The translations under genes were made by a program, and so were the position numbers. Shown here piece after piece: positions 63,361 through 64,000 of a DNA stretch of 64,000 nucleotides. The DNA comes from an uncultured Verrucomicrobiae bacterium (GTDB lineage Bacteria > Verrucomicrobiota > Verrucomicrobiia > Chthoniobacterales > UBA10450), in assembly GCA_963756875.1 (NCBI GenBank), contig CAVWPA010000003.1, forward strand, positions 32,001-96,000, in the 5' to 3' direction. The notes beneath the pieces are model-generated. The model worked only from the letters and a program-made list of their open reading frames with translations. It did not search any database and was not told the origin of the DNA. Within the stretch, counting starts at the first letter, position 1. The number at the start of each line of letters is the position of its first letter.

Positions 63361-64000
63361 ATGATACCAAGATCTTCCTCGATCAATCGCGCAGCATCTA
63401 AAAGGCGACACCTACTCGGCCTCGCCTTCAGCTTCTTCCTGGCAACTGCAACGTTCGCCGTTCAAGTCAAAGCGGCTTCCGAAAAGAACGCGGAGATTGA
63501 GTCAAAGGCTACGCCAGGCCCAACCCCCAACTTTAAGTCCGAATCCACTAACAGCACAGGCAGCGTGACTGTCGAAGGCAGCCGAATCGACTATCAGGCC
63601 GTGGCGGGCACACTGGTCGTCCATCCCAAAGGCTGGGATGACGCGGCCTTGCCTGGGGACCGGGAAAGCGAGGAAAACAAGGAGAGCGAAAAGGACCATA
63701 AGAAGAATCCGACGGCTGAAGCTTCAATGTTCTACGTGGCCTATACCAAGCAGAAGGCTGAAGCGGACAAACGGCCCGTCACGTTTTTGTTCAACGGCGG
63801 ACCCGGCTCTTCGACCGTCTGGCTGCACATGGGCGCGTTTGGACCCCGGCGGGTGATCACCGCGGACAACGCGCATACCCCGGCCGCGCCGTATCAAATT
63901 GTCAATAACGACTACAGCCTGCTGGACGCCAGTGATCTGGTGTTTGTGGACGCTCCCGGCACCGGCTTCAGTCGCATCGCCGGAAAGGATAAGGAAAAAA
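63361..64000 (+). CDS. S10 family serine carboxypeptidase, N-terminal part (runs off window end)
   Basis: Manual translation: IDYQAVAGTL, MFYVAY, RPVTFLFNGGPGSSTVWLHMGAFGP, DLVFVDAPGTGFSR. Confidence 0.9.
   Translation, partial: MIPRSSSINRAASKRRHLLGLAFSFFLATATFAVQVKAASEKNAEIESKATPGPTPNFKSESTNSTGSVTVEGSRIDYQAVAGTLVVHPKGWDDAALPGDRESEENKESEKDHKKNPTAEASMFYVAYTKQKAEADKRPVTFLFNGGPGSSTVWLHMGAFGPRRVITADNAHTPAAPYQIVNNDYSLLDASDLVFVDAPGTGFSRIAGKDKEK

Overview
GC-rich bacterial chromosome segment of mostly core genes. Gene content and repeat style suggest a soil Verrucomicrobiota / Chthoniobacterales-like genome; this is an inference, not a tested assignment. From the left it carries an alternative complex III operon (actA-F plus a small membrane subunit) running into a cbb3-type oxidase subunit I, kamA, an ankyrin/L,D-transpeptidase fusion, degP, a sugar kinase-MurQ fusion and ligA. 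Next come an ECF sigma/anti-sigma/degenerate HtrA module, a TerB-like-domain ABC transporter, ftsH, an HPF plus host-attachment (baeRF-like) pair and glgX. A small AT-richer islet holds a hipBST-type toxin-antitoxin locus, four operators phased at exactly 42 bp and a decayed hsdR fragment. The rest holds cell-wall enzymes, nagA, an autotransporter, pilD, tatC, argH, folB, an HTTM protein, DUF721, rpoN, ggt and an S10 peptidase. The most striking non-genic signal is a dense set of GTAG/GTGG/GGAG REP-doublet (REPIN-like) palindromes and 7/8-mer inverted repeats. Several sit in frame inside enzymes (ggt, nagA, murQ), supply stop codons, or bracket single genes as direct repeats. Five genes carry single-base indels that look like sequencing errors. 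No rRNA, tRNA, CRISPR array or transposase was recognised.
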